Positions 38,826 through 48,384 are shown, numbered from the stretch's first letter. The stretch is DNA of 64,000 nucleotides from Clostridia bacterium (GCA_003249225.1 QKJQ01000023.1:70373-134372), one strand, 5' to 3'. Notes: generated from the sequence alone by a model not told the origin. A program made the numbers and translations.

Positions 38826-39809
38826 TTATTTTTCCTCCTTTGCTGTCACTACTTTTTTAACCTTTTTCTTTTTTGATGTCTCATCTTTTGTCATCTCAAG
38901 GAAGATATCTTCAAGTGACATACTGGAGGAAGACATCGAAAGTATCGGGCATTTTACATTTGCGCATGCATAAAAAATAGCTTCGCGAATGTCCTCACCT
39001 TTCTCTGTATAGGCTGTAAACGAAACCGTTCCTTCTTCTGATTTTTTATAAGTAACCTTGGTAATCTCCTTTATGCCTTTAAGGATTTCATTGACCAGGG
39101 CCTTTTCACCTTTGATTGTAAGTGTCAGTCCGTCTGTTCCGCTGATGTGCTTTGAAAGATTCTCTGTTTTATCACTGACAATCAGCTTTCCTTTGTTTAT
39201 GATCATTACGGTATCACAAACTGCACTTACTTCTGAAAGGATATGTGAACTTAAGATAATGGTGTGCTCTTTTGCAAGATCTTTGATCAGATCACGGATC
39301 TCTATAATCTGTTTTGGATCAAGACCAACCGTAGGCTCATCAAGGATCAGCACTTCAGGATATCCGACAATTGCCTGAGCAAGACCAACTCTTTGTCTGT
39401 AACCTTTGGAAAGATATTTGATCAAACGTCCTGAAACGTCATCGATCTGAATACGTTTCATAATGTCTTTGATCATTCCCTCACGTCTTTTTTTCTCAAC
39501 ACCTTTTAACTCTGCAACAAAATACAGATACTCTTTCACTGTCATGTCTGTATACACAGGCGGCAGTTCCGGCAGGTATCCGATGCATCGTTTTGCTTCT
39601 TCCGGCTCATCGTACACATCGTGTCCGTTGATAATTACACTGCCCTCCGTTGCCGAAATGTAGCCGGTAATCATATTCATGGTCGTTGATTTACCTGCGC
39701 CATTTGGTCCAAGAAAGCCAATTACCTGTCCCTTGTCGACTGAAAAATTGAGATTGTCAACAGCGAGATGGTCCCCATATTTTTTAACTAAACCTTTTAC
39801 TTCAATCAA
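38826..39809 (-). CDS. ABC transporter ATP-binding protein
   Basis: Walker A GPNGAGKST, signature LSKGYRQR, Walker B LILDEPT. The TTG start at 39809 has SD AGGAGG 8 nt upstream. The ORF-track start at 39866 lacks an SD. Confidence 0.85.
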   Translation of the reverse strand: MIEVKGLVKKYGDHLAVDNLNFSVDKGQVIGFLGPNGAGKSTTMNMITGYISATEGSVIINGHDVYDEPEEAKRCIGYLPELPPVYTDMTVKEYLYFVAELKGVEKKRREGMIKDIMKRIQIDDVSGRLIKYLSKGYRQRVGLAQAIVGYPEVLILDEPTVGLDPKQIIEIRDLIKDLAKEHTIILSSHILSEVSAVCDTVMIINKGKLIVSDKTENLSKHISGTDGLTLTIKGEKALVNEILKGIKEITKVTYKKSEEGTVSFTAYTEKGEDIREAIFYACANVKCPILSMSSSSMSLEDIFLEMTKDETSKKKKVKKVVTAKEEK

Positions 39810-40092
39810 CTTATTCTCCTCCTTGCTTGTTCTATGCCCTTCTTTCATGCGATTCGTCGTTCGCACCGTCCTATGCCATTGTACTCATAGTTTGCGAAAA
39901 AAGTGTGAACTTCTATTAATAATCTCAGGGTACTGGTAATTAATAATAAAGAATCGCGACAAACCTGGCGTTTTCAGGAGCAAACGCACAAAATAAAGTC
40001 TATCACGATTCTTATATGCCGTCAATCCTATGCAGAGCAAAGAATGTGCATTTATTTCAATGGAACACAAAAACATTCCGGTTAAAACGCTC

Positions 40093-40126
40093 AAAAAAAA
40101 GCTGCCACTTATGTGACAGCCTTTTT
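40093..40126. terminator. Terminator after the DUF4234-like gene
   Basis: Stem gctgccac / gtgacagc with loop ttat, flanked by A8 and T5 runs (usable on both strands). Confidence 0.7.
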
Positions 40127-40132
40127 GTCTAT

Positions 40133-40468
40133 TTACATCATTTTATTCAGTTCGTTCTGCATCAGCGCGTAAGCTACAATCGCTAATCCAACAATGGAAA
40201 GAACGAGGAAAAGAACTGCAGAGTTTCCTGCTGGAAGACCTCTTTTTGCTTTGATTGCTTCAATCTTCTCACCCTGTTTATAACTCCAATACCATCCATA
40301 GATACCACAGGTTATAATTGTTAATAATAAAGCTGTTCCACCTGATGTTCCCGGTTGCTCATTCATTGTATTCACGTCATTGTTTAAGCACACAAACCAA
40401 TACAACCCATAAATACCACATGTTACAATCGATAAAATAATCGCGGTCGCAATACTTCTCTGCTTCAT
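40133..40468 (-). CDS. DUF4234-like small membrane protein
   Basis: Duplicated TCGIYG(L/W)YW motif in two helix pairs. SD AAAGGGGA precedes the ATG at 40468. Confidence 0.65.
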   Translation of the reverse strand: MKQRSIATAIILSIVTCGIYGLYWFVCLNNDVNTMNEQPGTSGGTALLLTIITCGIYGWYWSYKQGEKIEAIKAKRGLPAGNSAVLFLVLSIVGLAIVAYALMQNELNKMM

Positions 40469-40554
40469 TTGAGTTCCCCTTTTCATGAAATTTTTTATAA
40501 ATAATTCATAAACATTTTATAATTTCATTATTATTTTGTCAAGCACTATTTACA

Positions 40555-42210
40555 TTATTTACCCATGTATTGTCTGTGAATACTCTCTGCTCTTTCTAAA
40601 GCAGCGTCTATGTTCTCACAGAAGTTCTCTTCGCCGATCTTCTTATCAAAACCAGATTTCTTCATCGCAGCCATTGGCTGTTCTCTTACATGAGATAGAA
40701 GAAGCGTTATTTCATGCTTATCACACTGCTGCTTAACTTTTTCAAGAGATCGCATACCAGTCGCATCCATAGCCGGAACTCCACGCATACGGAAGATGAT
40801 CGTGTTGATGCTGGAATCCATAGGTATGTTCATAAATTTCTCTGCGGCACCAAAGAACATAGGTCCATCAATTTCATAGACTAATGTATTTTTTGGCACT
40901 TCTTTAAGAATCAGATCCTCCTGATTTTCTTTTTCATCCGACTGATATTTCCAGCCAACTACCTGTGTTGTATCTGCCATTCGCTTCATAAAGGTCAGTG
41001 CAGCCAATATAATACCAATCTCGATGGCAATGACCAAGTCAAAAACCACGGTAAGCACAAATGTCACAAGCAATATCAGAATATCACTTTTCGGTGCTGT
41101 TTTCAGAAGATCAAGAAAGTGTCTCCACTCACTCATGTGATATGCTACTACAAACAAAATAGCAGCAATAGCAGGCATTGGTATCATTGAAGCATATGGC
41201 ATAAAAAGCACCAGAATCAAGCATAGCATAATGGCATGAATCATACCTGCGACCGGAGTACGTCCTCCGTTCTTAACATTCGCAGTCGTTCGTGCGATTG
41301 CACCGGTTGCCGGAATTCCGCCGAATAATCCTGAAAAAAGATTTCCTGCACCCTGTGCGATCAGCTCCGTATTCGGATTATGTCTTCCATTGATCATACC
41401 GTCTGATACCACGCAGGATAGCAGTGATTCGATTCCTGCCAGCATGGCAATCGTAAAAGCATCCGGAAGCAGATCGCTGACACTTGAAAAATTAATACCC
41501 GGAAAATGAAAGGAAGGAAGTTTATTGCTGATCTCGTACAGGCTTCCAATGGTATTGACTTCAAGATGAAGCAGTTTCACCGCTGCTATACTGGTTATTA
41601 TTGCAATTAATGAACCCGGTATTCTTTTGTTGATCTTTGGCCAGAATACCTGAATCAATACACATACAACACCTAACAGAAATGCCTGGATATTAAAGGT
41701 CGAAAGGCTTGAGAATATCGCTTCTACTTTTTCTTTTGTCTCAATAGGCGTCGTCGTAAAACTCATTCCGCAAAAATCTTTTACCTGACCAATGACAATC
41801 GTAACGGCGATTCCTGCTGTAAACCCGGTCGTAATTGTATAAGGTATGAACTTGATCAGACTTCCAAAGCGCAGTAGTCCCATCACGATCAGAATGATAC
41901 CGGCCATAATCGTTGCAAGAATCAATCCGTCCAGACCCTTCGTCGCCACGATACCTGCAACAATTGTCGCAAAAGCTGCCGTCGGCCCGGAAATCTGAAC
42001 CCTGCTGCCGCCGAGCATGGAGATAACAAAACCGGCTATGATTGCCGTATAAAGCCCCTGCTCAGGTCTTACACCAGAGGCAAGAGCCAGTGCAATGGAT
42101 AAAGGAAGAGCAATGACTGCCACAATTATTCCTGCAATGCAGTCCTTTAAAAACTGTTCTTTCGTATAGGTACGAAGTGTTTTTAGTAATTTAGGCTGAA
42201 ATATGTTCAC
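40555..42210 (-). CDS. SulP family anion transporter with a C-terminal STAS domain
   Basis: About 11 TM segments and a STAS-like tail (LVYEIDGPMFFGAAEKF...MRGVPAMDATG). The GTG start at 42210 has SD AAGAGG. The ORF-track start at 42276 would overlap the upstream gene by 44 nt. Confidence 0.8.
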   Translation of the reverse strand: MNIFQPKLLKTLRTYTKEQFLKDCIAGIIVAVIALPLSIALALASGVRPEQGLYTAIIAGFVISMLGGSRVQISGPTAAFATIVAGIVATKGLDGLILATIMAGIILIVMGLLRFGSLIKFIPYTITTGFTAGIAVTIVIGQVKDFCGMSFTTTPIETKEKVEAIFSSLSTFNIQAFLLGVVCVLIQVFWPKINKRIPGSLIAIITSIAAVKLLHLEVNTIGSLYEISNKLPSFHFPGINFSSVSDLLPDAFTIAMLAGIESLLSCVVSDGMINGRHNPNTELIAQGAGNLFSGLFGGIPATGAIARTTANVKNGGRTPVAGMIHAIMLCLILVLFMPYASMIPMPAIAAILFVVAYHMSEWRHFLDLLKTAPKSDILILLVTFVLTVVFDLVIAIEIGIILAALTFMKRMADTTQVVGWKYQSDEKENQEDLILKEVPKNTLVYEIDGPMFFGAAEKFMNIPMDSSINTIIFRMRGVPAMDATGMRSLEKVKQQCDKHEITLLLSHVREQPMAAMKKSGFDKKIGEENFCENIDAALERAESIHRQYMGK

Positions 42211-42232
42211 GTTACATCTGCCTCTTTTCTCT

Positions 42233-43534
42233 TCAGACCAAAGCCTTACATACCAGCACCCAGTCGTTGGAATCACCCATTCTGTGTACTGGCCGAAGTC
42301 TGATCGAATCCTGATTGCTGACTGTTGTTATGTAACTGTATGCTCCGCTTTGCGGACTCATCCAGTATAGTTCCATTGCTTTATCTTTATACTCCTGAAG
42401 ATTCAATTCGAATACATCACCCGAATAAGTATAGCAGAGTATATAATCTTCCCCGGCAAAAACACTGATCCGGTGATACCGTTCTCTCTGTCCAAAAAGT
42501 AAGAGATCTTCCCTTGGCCTTCCGTTAACAAAATCAAAACTAAGCATCAGCTCTTTAAGATATTGCATCTGTCCGGCACCTTCGCTGTGTATGGCATCAT
42601 GCCAGTCTTCTCTGACAGCAAAAGCACCCTTACCCTCCGATTCCCGGAAGAACTGCATGATCGAATTACTTCCGTAGGTATGTCCTGCTGCTCCCTGGAA
42701 CACAGACCAGTAAGCATATCTGCGAACATCCCAGGCCTCCCAGTACGGTTCTTTTCCGTTGTGAAGTCCCTGTGGTATCCCTTCATAGGACGGTTCTGCA
42801 TCCAGAGTCGGCTTACTGATGGATTTCGCATGATCTCGCATTACATAACGCCAGTTATCCTCGCCGTAATACTCTTCGGTGCTTGTGTTGTCATCCCATT
42901 CATCCAACGTCCTCTGGTCATATCTTCTGTGACCGGACTGGAACATGTTAAAATCAAGCCACGACTCTTCATGGAACCAGATAGAAGATGCTGTTCTTCC
43001 AAAGGGGTGAAAGGTCATGATACGTTCCGGATTTTCACTCTTCAGAGTTTTAGCGAGAAGACGAAAACTTTCCATTCCGGCATCTCCACGCACATCACCG
43101 CCAATGATCCAGATTATATTCTTTCTTTCTCTGTAACGATCAGCCAGATACATGGCATATTCCTTAGCATTTTCTGTGGTAATGACTCCATTTTTTACAA
43201 AGGAACCCCAGGCCGGCAATAATCCCATATATAGTCCTAGCTCCTCTGCCATCTTAATAATATCATCGCAAAGATTCCAGTACTCCGTGGAATACAACTC
43301 CTGATTCTTGTAGAATACTTCCCCTTCCACCTCTGTCTTTGGATGGGCATGCATTAGTGAAACCTGTATAACATTATACCCCAGCTCTTTCCTGTTTCTT
43401 AAATACTGATAAGCTTCTTCTCTCGAACATTTACGAAACAGCAGCCACGCAGTGTCGCCAAGCCAAAAGAATGGTCTACCATTCTCTGTAAAATACTTTC
43501 CATTTTCACTAATGCCTAGTTGAAACTTGTTCAT
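42233..43534 (-). CDS. DUF4038 / glycoside hydrolase family 140-like TIM-barrel protein, no signal peptide
   Basis: The N-terminal block NGRPFFWLGDTAWLLF...EEAYQYLRNRKELGYNVIQV is characteristic of DUF4038. SD GTGGAGG precedes the ATG at 43534. Confidence 0.55.
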   Translation of the reverse strand: MNKFQLGISENGKYFTENGRPFFWLGDTAWLLFRKCSREEAYQYLRNRKELGYNVIQVSLMHAHPKTEVEGEVFYKNQELYSTEYWNLCDDIIKMAEELGLYMGLLPAWGSFVKNGVITTENAKEYAMYLADRYRERKNIIWIIGGDVRGDAGMESFRLLAKTLKSENPERIMTFHPFGRTASSIWFHEESWLDFNMFQSGHRRYDQRTLDEWDDNTSTEEYYGEDNWRYVMRDHAKSISKPTLDAEPSYEGIPQGLHNGKEPYWEAWDVRRYAYWSVFQGAAGHTYGSNSIMQFFRESEGKGAFAVREDWHDAIHSEGAGQMQYLKELMLSFDFVNGRPREDLLLFGQRERYHRISVFAGEDYILCYTYSGDVFELNLQEYKDKAMELYWMSPQSGAYSYITTVSNQDSIRLRPVHRMGDSNDWVLVCKALV

Positions 43535-43599
43535 CTCAACCTCCACTTTATTTTTTTCTTTTTGAGAACTTTATCACAGCTCTTTCATTTCTTAACTTC

Positions 43600-44733
43600 T
43601 TATAAGGTTCCGATGGAAATCAATTCATATTCCATTCTTCCAAGTCCGATTTTTTCAGCATGTTCAAGACCAACCTTCCAGTTTGTCCCCGGTGCCGACA
43701 TGCATAAATGGTCCTGGCTCACTGCTGTTCCCGGCAGTTTCTTCAAATGATCATCAAGCTGACTTCCCCGTACAACAGGTTGCTGATTGACCATATCGGC
43801 ACAGGCTTTATCCAGCGCGACCGGATCAAAAGATGCAAGCATTCCAATATTGGGAACGATTGGTATATCATTTTCCGAATGACAGTCACAGTTCGGTGAT
43901 ACATCAACAATCAGACTGGCATGAAAATGAGGCCGATCCTGGCATACCGCCTGACTATATTCGGAGATTTTTTTATTCAATAGTTCATTGGTTTCAGAAT
44001 CCATCATACGGATTGCTTCGACTGGACAAGCCCCGATGCATCGTCCGCAGCCGACACATTTCGTAAGATCAATGGTACACTTTCTGTTCTCTATCGACGG
44101 AGCATCATGCGCACACACTTGAACACAGCGTCCGCAGCCTATACATTTTTCAGTCAATACCTGTGGTTTTCCGGCATTGTGCATCTCCATTTTACCGCTT
44201 CTTGAACCACAGCCCATGCCAAGGTTCTTTAAAGCACCACCAAAACCAGTGGATTCATGTCCTTTAAAATGAGAAAGCGATATCACAATGTCCGCATCCA
44301 TGATCGCTTTTCCGATCTTTGCTTCGTTTACCAGTTCACCGTTCTTCACCGGAACGAAGGTTTCATCAGACCCTTTGATTCCATCCGCAATGATTACATG
44401 ACAATCGGTCTGAAACGGCGAAAAACCATTTTTATAGGCTGCATCGAGATGATCCAGCGCATTCTTTCGTCCACCGACATATAACGTATTGCAGTCTGTT
44501 AAAAAGGGCTTTCCTCCCAAAGACTTAACAACATCAACAACCACTGCCGCATAATTGGGGCGTAAAAATGCAAGATTACCCGGTTCACCAAAATGCATCT
44601 TGATCGCTACGAACTTATTATTAAAATCAATCCGGTCAATTCCCGCCGTACGTATCAGGCGTTCAAGCTTTTCCGGAAGATTTTCACGAAACGTCGTCTT
44701 CATATCGGTAAAATATACTTTTGACTTTTCCAT
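43600..44733 (-). CDS. DUF362 domain protein with an inserted 2x[4Fe-4S] ferredoxin module
   Basis: FVAIKMHFGEPGN...FLTDCNTLY is DUF362-like. There are two CxxCxxCxxxCP motifs: CIGCGRCVQVCA and CVGCGRCIGACP. Confidence 0.65.
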   Translation of the reverse strand: MEKSKVYFTDMKTTFRENLPEKLERLIRTAGIDRIDFNNKFVAIKMHFGEPGNLAFLRPNYAAVVVDVVKSLGGKPFLTDCNTLYVGGRKNALDHLDAAYKNGFSPFQTDCHVIIADGIKGSDETFVPVKNGELVNEAKIGKAIMDADIVISLSHFKGHESTGFGGALKNLGMGCGSRSGKMEMHNAGKPQVLTEKCIGCGRCVQVCAHDAPSIENRKCTIDLTKCVGCGRCIGACPVEAIRMMDSETNELLNKKISEYSQAVCQDRPHFHASLIVDVSPNCDCHSENDIPIVPNIGMLASFDPVALDKACADMVNQQPVVRGSQLDDHLKKLPGTAVSQDHLCMSAPGTNWKVGLEHAEKIGLGRMEYELISIGTL

Positions 44734-44801
44734 CGTCTACTCCCTTTCTGAAACTTCTTTCAGTTTTTTGCAATATGTATTCACAACATTTTACTCCGAC
44801 T

Positions 44802-44830
44802 ATAATAGCACACCCTTATTTTCGATTCAA
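44802..44830 (-). promoter_or_regulatory. Promoter of the DUF362 / GH140-like / SulP / DUF4234 operon
   Basis: On the minus strand: TTGAAT (44825-44830), 17 nt, TATTAT (44802-44807), with a TGc extended -10. Confidence 0.5.
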
Positions 44831-44870
44831 TGGACTAATTCATTAAATTCATAGAATATTTTTGGATTTT

Positions 44871-44913
44871 CAAAGGAAAAAGCACCCGAATCTGTTTTCA
44901 GATATCAGGTGCT
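44871..44913 (-). terminator. Terminator of the feo operon
   Basis: Imperfect ~13-bp stem (agcacccgaatctg / cagatatcaggtgct), followed on the minus strand by TTTTCCTTTG. Confidence 0.55.
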
Positions 44914-45115
44914 TCTGTTACTGTCTTTTCTTTTTATTCCAAAAGTAGGTTCTTTACAACTATGTTCTTGCTTTTTGTTTTTGCTCTCGTCTGCCTTTTT
45001 CATCAAACTCTTCTTCTTACTTTTCGTCTGCTTTTCTTATTTTTTTGCTGTTCCTTTTCTTTACTCGCTGTTTCTTCTCCTTTATCATGAATCATCGTTC
45101 TGTTGTAAATGGTAC

Positions 45116-45307
45116 TCAGTTCTTATTCACCGTATCTTCACCGGCAACACCAGAACCGGATATTCCGCTGCAACCTCCGCTGCAGCCGCTGCAGCCACCC
45201 GAACAACATCCACAGGCACTTTTCCCTGCCTTTTTTCTACGCCAGAGATAAATACTGATAACAGCCACAACCGCTGCCAAAATCAGAATCAGAATAATAT
45301 CTGTCAT
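45116..45307 (-). CDS. FeoB-associated Cys-rich membrane peptide
   Basis: 63 aa. One TM helix followed by CGCCSGGCSGCSGGCSG. It lies 38 nt downstream of feoB. Confidence 0.8.
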   Translation of the reverse strand: MTDIILILILAAVVAVISIYLWRRKKAGKSACGCCSGGCSGCSGGCSGISGSGVAGEDTVNKN

Positions 45308-45345
45308 GTAGCCTCCATTTCCGCACTACGAAAAGTGCCAAAAAA

Positions 45346-47556
45346 TTATACGAACCAACGTCCGATCTGGTAGATCAGCAATGCCACAATGTAAGCGGTA
45401 CCCATCTGGATACCTATGGCAAAGCCTGTCATCTTCCATGTTTTAAGTTCACGTTTCATTGCACCGACTGCTGCAAAACACGGCATGCAGAGCAGGTTGA
45501 ATACCATATAGGCATATGCTGCCGCTTTATCCGCAATGTCATCCTGCATGGTCGTAAGCGCATGTTCATCCCCACCCTCGAAAAGTATGGTTTCAGTATA
45601 GATACCTTCCGCTTCTTCAAAGTTATAGATACCATCTGTAAAACCAAGATCGGTTAATTCCTGTTCCGAGTAATTGGAGAAGAATCCCTGCAGATATTCT
45701 TCTGTTATATCATCATCATACAACTGAGCAAACGTTACGACAACATTTTCTTTTGCGATCCATCCGGTCACGATACCGACGGTCGGCCTCCACGCACCAA
45801 ATCCCAGTGGTTTGAAGATCGGTGCTGCTACATTTCCAAAACCAGCAAGAAAGCTTTCATCCATTTCACTCATGATACTGTTATCTTCATTGGCAGCTGC
45901 ATTCTTACCATTAAAAGAATTCAGGTTAAAGTTTGATAACAACCACAAAAAGATTGTTGACAGAAGTATAATAGTTCCTGCCTTTACAGCAAAATCCTTG
46001 ATTTTTTCATATCCATGTATTCCAACACTTTTTAATGTAGGAATACGGTACTGCGGAAGCTCCATAACAAAATTGGAAGCAGTGGATTTATATACGAACT
46101 TGTTGAGCAGAAGTGAGACCGTAATTGCTACAGCAATGCTCAGCATATAGATCGAAAAGGTAACCAGAGTTTTGTTACTGTCTGCGAACAAGACCGATAC
46201 GAACATGGCAAAGATCGGAACTTTTGCTCCACATGGCATAAAGCCGGTTATGATTGTTGTAATCTTTCTGTCCTTTTCTGACTCCAGTGTCCTGGTAGCA
46301 GCAATTGCCGGAACACCGCAGCCAAATCCCATCAGCAGTGGAATAAAGGAACGTCCGGATAATCCGAATCTTCGGAAAAGTCGGTCCATAACAAAGGCAA
46401 CACGCGCCATATAACCGCTGTCTTCCAGAAAAGATATGAGTATGAATAATACCAGAATCAATGGAAGAAAACCTATCACAGCACCGATACCACCCATGAT
46501 ACCATCAATCACCAGAGAAAAAAGCCATGGAGAAGCACCAGCTATCACATTCTCAAGAAGTCCTGTCAGTGCGCCCCACCCGGCTTCTGCCAGTCCTGCC
46601 AGCCATACACCCGGACTCTGCAATCCGGGAACAAAGAGAAAATTCTCACTGAATGTGCAGGCGAATAAAAGATACATGATTCCTGCAAATATCGGGAGTG
46701 CTAAAAAGCGATTTGTCAGAATCCTGTCTATCTTATCGCTCTTTGTTTCAACGTGAACACTGCTCTTTTTCTTTACTGCTTTTCCTGTAACAGAGGTTAT
46801 GAAACGATACCGCTGATCGGCTATTTCAGCCTCTATATCCAAAGACTTTTCTTTTTCTGCCCGTTCTAATATGCCTTTTACCTTCTGCTGTTCCTCTTTT
46901 GTAATACTTTCCAGCACCACTTCATCTGCTTCTGCAAGTTTAACGGCAGTCCAGTATTTTTTCGACTCGTCTGCACTATTCAGGCTTTCTTTGATTTCTT
47001 CGATGATACCAAGAAGCATTTTATCAAACACGACTGGCTTCTTCGTTATCTTTTCTTCTGTCTTTTTCAATAAAATGGTTTGGCTTACCGCCTCCATAAG
47101 TTCATCGAGACCTCTTCGGTTCTTTGCCACAATGGGAATCACTTGTACACCTAAGTTCTCAGATAAACTCTTACAATCGATTACATCACCTTTTGCCTCG
47201 ACCTCATCCATCATATTCACTGCTACGACCAACGGTATACCAGTTTCCATGATCTGAAGGGTCAGATATAGATTTCTTTCAATGCTTGTTCCGTCGACTA
47301 TATTAATCACTACGTCTGGTTTTTCTTTTATTATGTAGTCTCTTGCTATGATTTCTTCTGCCGAATAGGGCGATAGAGAATAGGTTCCCGGAAGATCCAG
47401 AATTTTATACTCTTTGTTCTTTCTGTAAATGCCTTCTTTTTTGTCAACCGTAACACCGGGCCAGTTCCCCACATGTTGTCTGGATCCCGTCAATTCGTTG
47501 AACAGTGTTGTTTTTCCACTGTTCGGATTGCCTGCTAAGCCAATTGTGTAAGTCAT
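45346..47556 (-). CDS. feoB: Ferrous iron transporter FeoB
   Basis: G-domain GNPNSGKTTLFN, DLPGTYS and NMMD motifs, followed by the polytopic permease domain. 736 aa. Confidence 0.95.
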   Translation of the reverse strand: MTYTIGLAGNPNSGKTTLFNELTGSRQHVGNWPGVTVDKKEGIYRKNKEYKILDLPGTYSLSPYSAEEIIARDYIIKEKPDVVINIVDGTSIERNLYLTLQIMETGIPLVVAVNMMDEVEAKGDVIDCKSLSENLGVQVIPIVAKNRRGLDELMEAVSQTILLKKTEEKITKKPVVFDKMLLGIIEEIKESLNSADESKKYWTAVKLAEADEVVLESITKEEQQKVKGILERAEKEKSLDIEAEIADQRYRFITSVTGKAVKKKSSVHVETKSDKIDRILTNRFLALPIFAGIMYLLFACTFSENFLFVPGLQSPGVWLAGLAEAGWGALTGLLENVIAGASPWLFSLVIDGIMGGIGAVIGFLPLILVLFILISFLEDSGYMARVAFVMDRLFRRFGLSGRSFIPLLMGFGCGVPAIAATRTLESEKDRKITTIITGFMPCGAKVPIFAMFVSVLFADSNKTLVTFSIYMLSIAVAITVSLLLNKFVYKSTASNFVMELPQYRIPTLKSVGIHGYEKIKDFAVKAGTIILLSTIFLWLLSNFNLNSFNGKNAAANEDNSIMSEMDESFLAGFGNVAAPIFKPLGFGAWRPTVGIVTGWIAKENVVVTFAQLYDDDITEEYLQGFFSNYSEQELTDLGFTDGIYNFEEAEGIYTETILFEGGDEHALTTMQDDIADKAAAYAYMVFNLLCMPCFAAVGAMKRELKTWKMTGFAIGIQMGTAYIVALLIYQIGRWFV

Positions 47557-47601
47557 ACATTACCTCTTCCTGTTTTTTTGTCCTGCTCTTCCTTACCGTT
47601 T

Positions 47602-47763
47602 GCTTTTGTATTATCCATTGCTTTTGTATTATCCATTGCTTTTGTTTTATCCGTTGCTTTTTGCTTTATCCGCAGCTTTTGTATCATCCATTGCTTTTGT
47701 ATTATCTGCTGCTTTTGTATTATCTGTTGTTTTGTATTGTCAGGTGCTTCTGCATTATATACT
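47602..47763. repeat. 18-bp tandem repeat, 9 units (gcttttgtattatccatt on the plus strand; AAUGGAUAAUACAAAAGC in the feo mRNA sense)
   Basis: Units start at 47602, 47620, 47638, 47656 (19 bp), 47675, 47693, 47711, 47729 (17 bp) and 47746. They become more diverged away from feoB. The array lies in the 277-bp feoA-feoB spacer. Confidence 0.9.
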
Positions 47764-47833
47764 GCTCTGATAATAAATAATTCGTAAGCTCAAACTTTCG
47801 TTAGTTCAATCTAACCTTAGGGCAAATAATAAA

Positions 47834-48055
47834 TCAGCATTCTACGCTGATTTGTTTTGCTTCCGCTTTTCGAAGACTTAATTCATAACCACGTACATTT
47901 ACTTCCAGAGGGTCTCCAAGTGGTGCTACCTTCACAATCTTAATACGTGCTCCCGGTGTTACGCCCATATCCATGATTCGTTTTCGTGTCGGTCCCTTTT
48001 CTCCAATGGATCGAACCGTTCCTTCCTGACCCGGCTTCATGTCATATAACGTCAT
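47834..48055 (-). CDS. feoA: FeoA family protein (second copy)
   Basis: 73 aa SH3-like FeoA (GQEGTVRSI...RIMDMGVTPGARIKI). SD AAAGGAGGAA. Confidence 0.85.
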   Translation of the reverse strand: MTLYDMKPGQEGTVRSIGEKGPTRKRIMDMGVTPGARIKIVKVAPLGDPLEVNVRGYELSLRKAEAKQISVEC

Positions 48056-48128
48056 ATGTTCCTCCTTTTACCTTTCCTTTTTTGTAACTGTCAATAATCT
48101 GTCTGTTTGCTGTTGTTTTGTTCCTGAC

Positions 48129-48341
48129 CTACTCGACGTAGATCATCGATGCAACACCCCGGTTCAAGGCAAGTTTTACGCCTTTTACCAGAATAATCAA
48201 TCCGGAAGGATTTTCATTCAGCACCTGAATTCTCTCCCCGTGGGTAAATCCAAGGTTTTGTAGATGCTTTTTCATTTCTGACTTTCCTTTACACTCTAAA
48301 ACCGTTCTGATTTCACCAACACTCATCATTGCCAGCGGCAT
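48129..48341 (-). CDS. feoA: FeoA family protein (first copy)
   Basis: About 70 aa FeoA fold (GEIRTVLE...LQNLGFTHGERIQV). The ATG at 48341 has SD AGGAGG 7 nt upstream. The ORF-track start at 48347 is a TTG. Confidence 0.8.
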   Translation of the reverse strand: MPLAMMSVGEIRTVLECKGKSEMKKHLQNLGFTHGERIQVLNENPSGLIILVKGVKLALNRGVASMIYVE

Positions 48342-48365
48342 ACGCAATCCTCCTTTGTTCTATTT

Positions 48366-48384
48366 GATATTGATTCTCATTATC
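48366..48384 (-). promoter_or_regulatory. Fur box
   Basis: The minus strand reads GATAATGAGAATCAATATC, matching 17 of 19 positions of the classical GATAATGATAATCATTATC. It sits between the -10 element and the feoA SD. Confidence 0.75.

Noticed and set aside
44914-45115. Two Lys/Arg/Glu-rich mini-ORFs (30 and 32 codons) on the minus strand downstream of the Cys-rich feo peptide
   Set aside because: They have no SD. Their composition is simply that of a purine-rich tract. I kept them only as a remark under the feo operon finding.
47602-47763. DnaA-box cluster (the unit contains TTATCCATT or TTATCCGTT)
   Set aside because: Only the 5' TTATCC half matches. The conserved 3' CACA of TTATCCACA is missing in every unit. 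There are no dnaA, dnaN or AT-rich unwinding features nearby.
47505-47787. Plus-strand ORFs 47505-47780 and 47578-47787 (CFCIIH... repeats), and ORF 56880-57119
   Set aside because: They are translations of the tandem repeats on the strand antisense to the operons. They have no SD and extremely repetitive Cys/Phe/Ile content.
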